Below are positions 16,883 to 25,072 of a stretch of 35,204 nucleotides of DNA, piece by piece. The stretch is taken from contig JASLJW010000049.1 of assembly GCA_030747885.1 (NCBI GenBank), forward strand, positions 1-35,204, written 5' to 3'. Made by a program: the position numbers and the translations under genes. The DNA comes from Candidatus Thalassarchaeaceae archaeon. Its GTDB lineage: Archaea > Thermoplasmatota > Poseidoniia > Poseidoniales > Thalassarchaeaceae. Every line of letters starts with the position of its first letter. Position 1 is the stretch's first letter. The notes beneath the pieces were generated by a model. The model was not told the DNA's origin. It worked only from the letters and a program-made list of their open reading frames with translations, and did not search any database.

Positions 16883-18433
16883 ATGGCTGAGCCTGAATGG
16901 ATGAAGTCGGCTCCAACGCCTATTTCATCTGTTCTTGTTGCAAACAGGGGTGAAATTGCTTGTCGAATTATCCGAGCGTGCCAGGAGATGGGAATAGAGG
17001 GAATAGCAATTCAGTCAGATTCTGATACGGGGTCATTGCATTCAGAGATGGCAGACCGGGTAGTCAATTTACCAGGTACTAGTTTAGCTGATACATATCT
17101 CAATAGTGATGCGATTATCGAGGCTGCAAAATCATGTGGTGCTGATGCAATACATCCAGGGTACGGATTTCTTTCTGAGCGAGCAGATTTTGCAAAATCC
17201 GTAACCTCAGCAGGATTGATTTGGATAGGCCCCTCGCCTGATGCGATAAATTCGATGGGAGACAAAGTAACTGCACGACGTCATATGGAGGATGCATCTG
17301 TACCTGTTATTCCTGGAAGAGAAATATTGGTTGGAGGTGATGAAAACACTACCATTGACTCATTAGTTGATGCAGCGACTTCTGTAGGGTATCCTCTCTT
17401 GTTGAAAGCTAGTGCTGGAGGAGGAGGTAAAGGAATGCGGGTTGTTCGTGAGCCTAAACGTCTTCAACAAGAATTTGCAGCCGCTCAAAGAGAGGCAGAA
17501 ACTGCTTTTGGAGATGGAACTGTATACATCGAACGTCTTTTAGAAAATTCAAGGCATATTGAAGTACAAATTCTTGCCGATAATCATGGGAATACACTTC
17601 ATTTGTTTGAAAGAGAATGTAGTATTCAACGTCGTCATCAGAAGGTAGTGGAGGAGGCTCCTTCCCCAGTACTCGATCCAAAAACTAGGGATGCCATGGG
17701 TGCAGCAGCCGTTTCGGCAGCACAGGCAGTATCTTATTCGGGAGCAGGAACAGTCGAATTCCTACTTTCTCCGGATGGTTCATTCTATTTTTTAGAAATG
17801 AATACTAGACTTCAAGTTGAGCATCCCGTCACAGAATGTATATCTGGAATTGATTTAGTTGAACAGCAGATTCGTGTTGCATCTGGTCTTCCATTACCAT
17901 TCACTCAAACTGATTTATCGATAAGAGGGCATGCAATAGAAGTCAGAATATATGCAGAAGATCCGTCTCTAGGGTTCCTTCCAGCAACAGGACCGCTTGC
18001 GGTATTCCGTCCACCTGAAGGACCAGGTGTTAGGCTAGATACGGGTGTCCGCCAAGGAGATGAAGCAAGAATTGATTTTGACCCCATGCTTGCAAAGTTG
18101 ATTGTTCACGGATCCAGTCGAGATCAAGCAATTCGAAGAATGGAAAGAGCATTGCAATCGTTTGTTATTCTTGGAGCCACAACGAATGTTGGTTTTCTAA
18201 TTGATATTATGCGTCATGAATCTTATATCGCTGGAGAAACCACTACTAATTTCATAGATATTCATTTCCCTGATGGTTGGAATTCGAAAATGTCCAACTC
18301 AACAGCAGCTGTTTTGGCCGCATCAGCAGAATTCATGGGCCTTCATAGAAATCATGCAAAATCATCTATGGAAGATGGTGGTAGAACTACATCAAATGAT
18401 CCATTTTTGCTTTTGTCTAGGAGATTCCCTTGA
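16883..18433 (+). CDS. liuD: Biotin carboxylase component of acyl-CoA (methylcrotonyl-CoA) carboxylase alpha; lacks a BCCP domain
   Basis: 'VLVANRGEIACRIIRA', 'IHPGYGFLSE', 'YPLLLKASAGGGGKGMRVV', 'EVQILADNHGNTLHLFERECSIQRRHQKVVEEAP', 'GAGTVEFLL', 'FLEMNTRLQVEHPVTE'. AGGAG lies 8 nt upstream of the ATG. Confidence 0.92.
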   Translation: MAEPEWMKSAPTPISSVLVANRGEIACRIIRACQEMGIEGIAIQSDSDTGSLHSEMADRVVNLPGTSLADTYLNSDAIIEAAKSCGADAIHPGYGFLSERADFAKSVTSAGLIWIGPSPDAINSMGDKVTARRHMEDASVPVIPGREILVGGDENTTIDSLVDAATSVGYPLLLKASAGGGGKGMRVVREPKRLQQEFAAAQREAETAFGDGTVYIERLLENSRHIEVQILADNHGNTLHLFERECSIQRRHQKVVEEAPSPVLDPKTRDAMGAAAVSAAQAVSYSGAGTVEFLLSPDGSFYFLEMNTRLQVEHPVTECISGIDLVEQQIRVASGLPLPFTQTDLSIRGHAIEVRIYAEDPSLGFLPATGPLAVFRPPEGPGVRLDTGVRQGDEARIDFDPMLAKLIVHGSSRDQAIRRMERALQSFVILGATTNVGFLIDIMRHESYIAGETTTNFIDIHFPDGWNSKMSNSTAAVLAASAEFMGLHRNHAKSSMEDGGRTTSNDPFLLLSRRFP

Positions 18434-18442
18434 GGTGATTTT

Positions 18443-18946
18443 ATGGTAGATCTCAAAGATTCTAGTGGAAGGATTTGGAAAATCCAGGTAAGTGGTTCTC
18501 CAGTTGTTCCAATTTCTATCGAATCAGATGGGGGGGAAATTGATTCATCTGAGATATCAATCAGTCTAGATCCTCGTCCTAATAGATTGGTTATCCATAG
18601 AAACGGAGTAGAGCAAGTTGTTTTCTGTACAAAGGTTGGAGACAAATGGTGGGTGCATCTTGATGGATCTGTAGTTGTCTTTGAAGTAATCGAACCCGGT
18701 GCATCTACATCTGGGAATAACGATGGGGAATTAACTGCTCCAATGCCCGGAAAGGTTCTGGAAGTATTGGTACCTGAAGGGGCTTCAGTTTCTGAAGGTC
18801 AACCACTAATGGTCTTGGAGGCAATGAAGATGGAACACCGAATCCTTGCTGACCTTCCAGGAATAGTTACAGCAATCCATTATGCCCCTGGAGATCAAGT
18901 GGATGCTGGAGCAGTTCTATTAGATTTGGATACTGAAAATGAATAA
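18443..18946 (+). CDS. Biotin carboxyl carrier protein (BT-like N-region plus biotinyl domain)
   Basis: Biotinylation motif 'LEAMKMEH' sits in a lipoyl/biotinyl fold context ('APMPGKVLEVLVPEGASVSEGQPLMVLEAMKMEHRILA'). GGTGA lies 4 nt upstream of the ATG. The ORF is in the same frame as the preceding ORF, separated by TGA plus 3 codons. Confidence 0.85.
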   Translation: MVDLKDSSGRIWKIQVSGSPVVPISIESDGGEIDSSEISISLDPRPNRLVIHRNGVEQVVFCTKVGDKWWVHLDGSVVVFEVIEPGASTSGNNDGELTAPMPGKVLEVLVPEGASVSEGQPLMVLEAMKMEHRILADLPGIVTAIHYAPGDQVDAGAVLLDLDTENE

Positions 18947-19000
18947 TTTCAATTGAATTATTATTTTTTATTAATTGAATTTCCCAATTGAAAATTAAAT
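18947..19000. terminator. AT-rich convergent (bidirectional) termination region between the BCCP gene and serS
   Basis: 54-nt gap between convergent stops with a T-tract ('tattttttatt') of the archaeal oligo-T terminator type. It also holds repeated palindromic CAATTG-containing words (CAATTGAA 18948, TAATTGAA 18970, CAATTGAA 18984; CAATTGCA 19004 lies just inside serS). Function was not tested. Confidence 0.3.
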
Positions 19001-20284
19001 TTACCAATTGCATTTTTCTAGATGCGTTTGTTCTTTGAACCAAGGTTGTAGAACTGCAGGAATTCGCACTCTTCCGTCATCTTCTTGGAATTGTTCCATA
19101 ATTGCAACTAGAGCTCTAGAAGTTGCAACCGCTGTAGAATTCAATGTATGGACTGAAGAGTTACCTTCCGAAGTTCTGAATCTCATTCGTAGTCGATTGG
19201 CTTGATAATCTGTACAATTAGAACATGAAACCACTTCTTTGTAATTACTAACACCTGGCAACCAGGCCTCTAAATCATATTTTTTGGCAGCAACAGTCCC
19301 CATATCACCTGTACAAATGTTGACTACACGGTAATGAAGCCCTAATTCATCCCATAAGTCAATACAATTCTGTAGAAGATCTTCATGATGATCCCATGAT
19401 TCATCTGGTTTGCAGATTATAATTTGTTCAACCTTGGTGAATTGATGTACTCTCCAAATTCCTTTGTCGGACAATCCATGCGCTCCTACTTCGCGCCTAA
19501 AGCAAGGACTAACTCCAACCATTTTCAGAGGTAGTAATGCCGGTTCAATGATTTCGTCCATGAACATCGCAGTTAGAGGATGTTCACTTGTTGCAATCGC
19601 ATAATATCCATCGGGTTGAATATCATACATGACAGTCTCAAAATCACTCAAATCAGTCACACCTTCGTATGATTCTCGATTCATCATAACTGGAGGTTGG
19701 ACTAATGTATAGCCCCGATTTACTAGAAATTCGATTGCATATTGCTGCAATGCTAATTCTAGGCGTGCAAGATCTCCTTTGAGATAGTAAAATCTTGATC
19801 CAGTTACTTTAGCAGCCCTCCCCAAATCAACCCATGAGTTTTCCTCGATGAGGTCATTGTGTACCTTTGGATCAAAATTGAATTTTGGTTTTTCTCCATG
19901 TATTGAATGAGGTGTATTTCCTTCATCATCATCACCCTTGGGAACACTTTCATGCAGAATATTGGGTATTTTCATGCGGATCCTATCTCTTTTTTCTTCA
20001 GTCTCATCTGCCTTTGAACCCAATTCTTCAATTTGTGCTCCAAGGTTAGAAACTTGAGCAAGGATTCTATTTGCTTCATCTACATCTCCAGTTTTCTTTG
20101 CAGCAGCAATTTCCCTCGCAGCTTCATTTCTTTGTTTTCGAATCTGATCTGCTCTGTAACGAAGGTCTTTCCATTCTTGATCCAATGTAATGACTTGATT
20201 GATTAAATCGTGAGAGATTCCTCTGCGATCATGATCTGCCCGAATAACCTCGGCCAGTTCTCTGAACATTCGCATCTCGAGCAT
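19001..20284 (-). CDS. serS: Seryl-tRNA synthetase (bacterial-type class II)
   Basis: N-terminal coiled-coil arm beginning 'MLEMRMFRELAEVIRADHDRRG'. Class II motifs 'SPCFRREVGAHG', 'RVHQFTKVEQ', 'NSTAVATSRALVAIMEQ'. The track start at 20308 is a GTG; I prefer ATG 20284 by alignment to SerRS N-termini. Confidence 0.92.
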   Translation of the reverse strand: MLEMRMFRELAEVIRADHDRRGISHDLINQVITLDQEWKDLRYRADQIRKQRNEAAREIAAAKKTGDVDEANRILAQVSNLGAQIEELGSKADETEEKRDRIRMKIPNILHESVPKGDDDEGNTPHSIHGEKPKFNFDPKVHNDLIEENSWVDLGRAAKVTGSRFYYLKGDLARLELALQQYAIEFLVNRGYTLVQPPVMMNRESYEGVTDLSDFETVMYDIQPDGYYAIATSEHPLTAMFMDEIIEPALLPLKMVGVSPCFRREVGAHGLSDKGIWRVHQFTKVEQIIICKPDESWDHHEDLLQNCIDLWDELGLHYRVVNICTGDMGTVAAKKYDLEAWLPGVSNYKEVVSCSNCTDYQANRLRMRFRTSEGNSSVHTLNSTAVATSRALVAIMEQFQEDDGRVRIPAVLQPWFKEQTHLEKCNW

Positions 20285-20327
20285 ATGAACGGGCCTAGGA
20301 GGGGGCACTTCGCTTCAACGGTTCGCA

Positions 20328-22466
20328 TCAAAAGAGGGTGATATTGAATGCCAACGCATCGAATCCAAGAATCACTATAGTTGTGAGTAGGTATCCTAGA
20401 ATTGACCCACCATTTAGTAATGGTAAACCTGCTTGAGGTTTTCCTCTTGCAACCTGAGTCATTAGAATCATGTAACCTATCAATCCACCAATCAGGGTCC
20501 CAAATGCCACTGTTGTTGGTCCGTGCAAGCCAGCGAATCCAACTTCATTGGGTAACCAACTCATGGCAGAAATTACCAAAATTCCTGGGAAGATTACATC
20601 TCCCAATCCCATGAACATAGCATCCGAGGTTTTCTTTTGTTCTTTTTCAGGCTTGAAGGTTAAATCACTAGTTTCGATAGATTCCTTTGAAATCTGACTT
20701 TTCCTATCTCTTTCTACCATTGTTCCTTCATCTGCATTAAGGAATGAATACTCTTTGTCCTTAGGAGCTACCAATAGAATTGGAAGTTTTAGATCAATCA
20801 TGGTATCAGCAAGAGTAAGCATATGTTTGCTACCATTTACAGCCCAATGGTCATAAAATGCCATTGCAACCATGAAGATAATTACAATCCATGGAACAAA
20901 TGAAACTCCTAGCATTACACTCACTCCAGCCCCAACAAGTATTCCCGTAGTGTTTACGACATACCATTCTGGCCATAGGATAATAGCGGCCATTAGAACA
21001 ATGCTTAATCCAAATGCAATCAAGTCAGCCCAACTTACTCCAATTCCTGCAACTTCGAAAGGAGCCGCCTCAGATAGTTTCCACACCACCATATTCAATG
21101 GTTCATCGAATGAACTTGAATTCGTGTCGAATAAAATCACTCCTTCTTTCAGAATGTTGTAATCTGAGTGAGTTCGATATTGAATTGCGATAGCAACCAT
21201 TTCATCTCCAGAGATTGTAGTAGTTCGAGTACGATCAATTTTTGAACTTCCCATGAAAACATTTAGCTCTTCTCCATCTAGAACCCACAAATCATTCACA
21301 CCTCCATTACAGCAGTCTTCCAACAATAGGCCTCTGATTGGTCCGTCAAATGCTCCTTCGAAACTCACTGCTTCGTTCGCAATGACGGTTCCATTGGAAT
21401 GAACTCTGAATCCATTTACCACCCCATCTATTCTTCCTAAATACAGACTGTATTCATTTGCAGTCTCATTCTTTATCTCATTGGTATCACTACCGTAAGT
21501 CACTGCTGTGAACATATTTCCTTCTGGAAGAGTGTAATTCCATACAGGCTCAATAAAGGGTGCATCGAATCCTTCTCCATGAGGTTCGTTTGGAATTTCA
21601 AAGACTCCAGCCCAACGAGTTGAAACGATAAGCATATGATTTTCTCCAATATGCTCTGAAGCAAGGATATTGTTAGGATCAAATCCTTGAGGCATTAACC
21701 ATTCCCAGTTTGCGTTCCTTGAACTGTTGACTTCTTCTATTGGTTTGAATGGGTCAATTTTCATTAGACTACTTCTCACAATATGCCATGGTTCTCCTGA
21801 ATCAACAAATCCAAGATTGCAATCATCATCGTATCTTTCTAGAATCGTTCCATCATTTGAATCAATTCTAATCCATTGTGTTGAGTCACACATTACGAAA
21901 TCGTTAGTAGATGACATGAAGAATAGATTGGGAGAAGCTATTTCGCCCTGTAAATTAGAGACATTTGTAGTCCAATTTACTGTACCTCCAGCATATAATC
22001 CATCTCCTCCAATTGCTTGATTCACTGAAATGAGATCATTTCCATCATAGAGAATTAAATGTTCAACATCACTTAATCCTTGAAGAATTTGTGCACCCGA
22101 ATCCGTTTCTGTTGTAGTTGCAGTAAGTTCATCTGCTGGAAGAGCCAAATGCGCCATTGGAACTAGGGAGTACGACAACGCAATCCAAAGTACGAATAGA
22201 ATCCCAAATTGGATAAATTTCTGCAAATTTTTCTTTGCTAGCCAGATTATTGTAAAGGTGAATAGGAGGATGAATACTCCTTCAATAAGGATAAATCCGA
22301 CTCCGGTCTCGGAACCTGGTCCGAAAGCACGAAATTCATCTCGATTGTAAAATGGTTGAATTAATGTTGCAAGATATATTGTAATTGTGAACATCCCTGC
22401 CATTCCAAACATGGATGTCCATTGCCCCTTCAGTTCCTCCATTAGGGGTATCTCGGCCTTCGCCAT
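20328..22466 (-). CDS. Presenilin/SPP-type (A22) intramembrane aspartyl protease homologue with a large ectodomain inserted between TM3 and TM4
   Basis: Three hydrophobic spans, about 365 polar residues, then six more spans. These carry 'AFYDHW' (YD), 'FMGLGDVIFPG' (GxGD) and 'QAGLPLLNGG' (PAL-like) in the expected TM6/TM7/TM9 order. A long loop lies between the two catalytic-Asp helices. The first ATG is at 22466; the track start at 22511 is TTG and collides with the folC ATG. Confidence 0.72.
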   Translation of the reverse strand: MAKAEIPLMEELKGQWTSMFGMAGMFTITIYLATLIQPFYNRDEFRAFGPGSETGVGFILIEGVFILLFTFTIIWLAKKNLQKFIQFGILFVLWIALSYSLVPMAHLALPADELTATTTETDSGAQILQGLSDVEHLILYDGNDLISVNQAIGGDGLYAGGTVNWTTNVSNLQGEIASPNLFFMSSTNDFVMCDSTQWIRIDSNDGTILERYDDDCNLGFVDSGEPWHIVRSSLMKIDPFKPIEEVNSSRNANWEWLMPQGFDPNNILASEHIGENHMLIVSTRWAGVFEIPNEPHGEGFDAPFIEPVWNYTLPEGNMFTAVTYGSDTNEIKNETANEYSLYLGRIDGVVNGFRVHSNGTVIANEAVSFEGAFDGPIRGLLLEDCCNGGVNDLWVLDGEELNVFMGSSKIDRTRTTTISGDEMVAIAIQYRTHSDYNILKEGVILFDTNSSSFDEPLNMVVWKLSEAAPFEVAGIGVSWADLIAFGLSIVLMAAIILWPEWYVVNTTGILVGAGVSVMLGVSFVPWIVIIFMVAMAFYDHWAVNGSKHMLTLADTMIDLKLPILLVAPKDKEYSFLNADEGTMVERDRKSQISKESIETSDLTFKPEKEQKKTSDAMFMGLGDVIFPGILVISAMSWLPNEVGFAGLHGPTTVAFGTLIGGLIGYMILMTQVARGKPQAGLPLLNGGSILGYLLTTIVILGFDALAFNITLF

Positions 22467-22510
22467 GATGGTAGGGAACTTCAAATTGCATTTCAGTATA
22501 TGGACATACA

Positions 22511-23977
22511 ATGGGCACAGAAGGGGGGTCAGAGGATTTTGAGGACAAACTCACACCTCGTGAGTGGCTTGAAACTCGAAAAAGTATTGGAATGCGCCCT
22601 GGATTAGAAATTACATATGCGATGTTAACCCGTTTAGGAATGCCCCAGATGTCCTTTCCATCTATACATGTGGCAGGATCAAATGGTAAAGGAACCACTT
22701 CAGTATTCCTTGCAAATACTCTTACATTTTCAGGAACTAAGACAGGTCTGTTCACTTCCCCTCATCTCTGTCGTGTTGAGGAAAGGATTCGAATTGATGG
22801 ATGTCCTGTTGAACCTAGACAATTGGATAAGGCAATACATGCAGTTAGGGTAATGTCTAGAGAAGATCCAGTACTTGAACCAACATATTTTGAGACCTTG
22901 TTTCTTTCAGCTATGATTTGTTTTCGAGCATTGAATGTGAAACGTGCCGTAATTGAGGCAGGCCTTGGTGGACGTTTGGATGCCACAAGATGTTGTTATG
23001 CAGATTGTACAATTTTGACTGAGATTTCCTTAGAACATACTGATGTATTGGGCGATTCATTAGAACTAATTGCAAGAGAAAAATCTGCGATTGCACGACC
23101 TGGAGCAAAAATGATTGCTAGATGGCCATATGATCCTTCAGTTATGATGGCAATAGAAGAAGCAACTAGTTGGGGTTGTGGATATTGGTGGCGAGGGGAT
23201 CGACTGACTTTGGTTAGTTTTGAAAATGCAAATGAGCCATTTAGAGGAATAAAAAGTGGAGATGGAGAAACCATTCCTATTGGATTGTATGATGGATCCA
23301 TGACAATGAAAATGGATAATGCAATGTTAGGACATAGTGCTGCTCAATTTGTAATGGACCCACCATTGGTTCCTGCTTTACACGATGTAATGGAACGAAC
23401 ATTTTGGCCCGGTAGGATGCAGGAAATTACGGGACCAAAAGATGTAGAACTCCTCCTAGATTGTGCCCATAATCCCAGTGGTTTAACGAAAATGGTTGAT
23501 GAATTGAAAATAAGGAAAATAAGAGAGGAAAATGCTGGACGCAAATTCTCTCCATCTGCTTTACTGATTGGAGCCACACATCAGAAAGATTTGGCCATTT
23601 TTGTGCATCCCATTGTAGAGTTAATTTCTGAAATGGGAAATCCAATGGTAGTAGTTACAGAGCCACCAAATGGTCGTCTTGCACCTGTTTCATGTGACGA
23701 TTTGGCGGCTGAAATAAAATTGCAATACCCCTCTGCTAGAATTCAGGTTAGACCCGAAATTCAAGTGGCTCTTTCAACAGCCATAGATGAAGCTGTAGAT
23801 TCATCATCTCATTCAGTTTTTGATGGAGTTACTGGAACAGTATGGAGTTTCGGGAGTATTCATTTGATTGGTGGGATTCTTTCAATTCTTGGGCAAGATA
23901 CCGATGAAGCATTAACCACAATTAGATGGCAGGATGGAGACGTTATTGGAGACCGTGATGTTCCCATGAAACCATAA
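22511..23977 (+). CDS. folC: Folylpolyglutamate synthase / dihydrofolate synthase (Mur-ligase family)
   Basis: 'IHVAGSNGKGTTS' P-loop, 'TSPHL', 'IEAGLGGRLDAT', 'ITEISLEHTDVLG', 'LLDCAHNPSG'. Confidence 0.88.
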   Translation: MGTEGGSEDFEDKLTPREWLETRKSIGMRPGLEITYAMLTRLGMPQMSFPSIHVAGSNGKGTTSVFLANTLTFSGTKTGLFTSPHLCRVEERIRIDGCPVEPRQLDKAIHAVRVMSREDPVLEPTYFETLFLSAMICFRALNVKRAVIEAGLGGRLDATRCCYADCTILTEISLEHTDVLGDSLELIAREKSAIARPGAKMIARWPYDPSVMMAIEEATSWGCGYWWRGDRLTLVSFENANEPFRGIKSGDGETIPIGLYDGSMTMKMDNAMLGHSAAQFVMDPPLVPALHDVMERTFWPGRMQEITGPKDVELLLDCAHNPSGLTKMVDELKIRKIREENAGRKFSPSALLIGATHQKDLAIFVHPIVELISEMGNPMVVVTEPPNGRLAPVSCDDLAAEIKLQYPSARIQVRPEIQVALSTAIDEAVDSSSHSVFDGVTGTVWSFGSIHLIGGILSILGQDTDEALTTIRWQDGDVIGDRDVPMKP

Positions 23978-24010
23978 GCGAGTGATTTCAGAGACTGATT
24001 AGGTGAAGCC

Positions 24011-24451
24011 ATGAGTGAGAAGTGGGACCGTCGATTTATCGATTTAGCATTGCATATTAGTGATTGGAGTAAAGACCCATCAACAAAGGTGGGTTGTGTA
24101 GTAGTTGGGGCAGATCGTGAGATTCGTTCCACCGGGTTCAATGGATTTCCAAGAGGAATTGAAGATTCAATAGAACGTCTAGAAGACCGAGAAATGAAAT
24201 ACCCTCTTATTTGCCATGCTGAAGAGAATGCAATAATGCATGCGGCACGAATTGGAATTTCATTGAAGGATTGTGTAGCATATGTAACATGGCCACCATG
24301 TACTCGTTGTGCTCGTTCTTTGATTCAAGCAGGTGTTGTTGAAGTTGTTTTCCCAAAAGACATCGAAATTCCTGATAGATGGGTCGAAGATTTTGAAAGG
24401 TCACTTTCAATGATGAATGAGGCTGGAGTAATAGCCCGCTCTACATCATAG
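24011..24451 (+). CDS. Deoxycytidylate (dCMP) deaminase, ComEB-like
   Basis: Zinc motifs 'CHAEENAI' and 'PCTRCA'; 'VGCVVVGADREIRSTGFNG'. AGGTGA lies 4 nt upstream of the ATG. Confidence 0.88.
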   Translation: MSEKWDRRFIDLALHISDWSKDPSTKVGCVVVGADREIRSTGFNGFPRGIEDSIERLEDREMKYPLICHAEENAIMHAARIGISLKDCVAYVTWPPCTRCARSLIQAGVVEVVFPKDIEIPDRWVEDFERSLSMMNEAGVIARSTS

Positions 24452-25000
24452 TCATGACTCAATTGTAGAGAGTAGAATTTTTAGTGAGTCGTCCAGTTCT
24501 TGTCTAGTCCCATCATTAATGATTAGTAAATCTGCCAATTCTGCAGTTGCGATAAGTGCTTGTCCAGATGGATTCTTTGCTACTGCTTCTGTTTCTTCTT
24601 GTGCGAGAAAATCTTGGTAGTTTTCAGGATCTCCCTCTCTGGCTCGTTGTTGCATTCTTTCCCATCTCAAATCTGCTGGTACATTGACTTCGATTAGTAG
24701 AAACCCCTCCCTTTCTCGCAAGGCGTGAACTTCGTCAGGAGTTCTAATTGAGTCAATGATGGTGGGTTGTTCAGGAGAGATTCTTTCAAGAAGTAATTCT
24801 GCCAATATTCCAGGTCCACCTTCGGAACGAAGAGTTCTCCCACCTTGAGTTAGATTTTCACGGTTAATTTCCTTCCCATTTTCCCTTAGCCAATGTCTTA
24901 TTGAATCTGAACATGAACATCCATTCCATCCTTGTTCCACAAACCATTCGACTACGGTGGTCTTTCCAGCAGCATTGCGCCCTGTGACTGCTAGAAGCAT
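24452..25000 (-). CDS. P-loop nucleotide/nucleoside-monophosphate kinase-like protein (CoaE / UPF0200-like)
   Basis: Walker A 'VTGRNAAGKTTV', 'IIDSIRTPDEVHALRE', and the lid-like 'RWERMQQRAREGDPENYQDFLAQEE'. GAGGA lies about 7 nt upstream of the ATG. The substrate cannot be told from sequence alone. Confidence 0.55.
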   Translation of the reverse strand: MLLAVTGRNAAGKTTVVEWFVEQGWNGCSCSDSIRHWLRENGKEINRENLTQGGRTLRSEGGPGILAELLLERISPEQPTIIDSIRTPDEVHALREREGFLLIEVNVPADLRWERMQQRAREGDPENYQDFLAQEETEAVAKNPSGQALIATAELADLLIINDGTRQELDDSLKILLSTIES

Positions 25001-25072
25001 GAATAATCCTCAGTGTCGGATGAAATTATAGTTGTGTATGGCAATTATCGAAATGTTGAGCATATTGGATTA

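Noticed and set aside
18431-18433. The TGA between the BC and BCCP ORFs might be a recoded codon (selenocysteine, or a TGA=Trp/Gly genetic code).
   Set aside because: TGA cleanly terminates many well-supported genes here at expected C-termini: aminotransferase 727-729, dys 1210-1212, uvrB 2257-2259, SDR 4652-4654, liuB 16005-16007, liuC 16876-16878. I saw no other conserved-domain ORFs interrupted by TGA. Genome-wide recoding is therefore not supported. Local read-through stays only as a low-probability option in the finding.
18947-19011. Repeated CAATTG(A/C)A words between the BCCP gene and serS might be a regulatory repeat array.
   Set aside because: These are short AT-rich palindromic words in a 54-nt AT-rich convergent terminator gap. 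Spacing is irregular (22, 14 and 20 nt) and one copy lies inside serS coding sequence. They are most simply explained as terminator-region composition. I recorded the region as a low-confidence terminator feature only.
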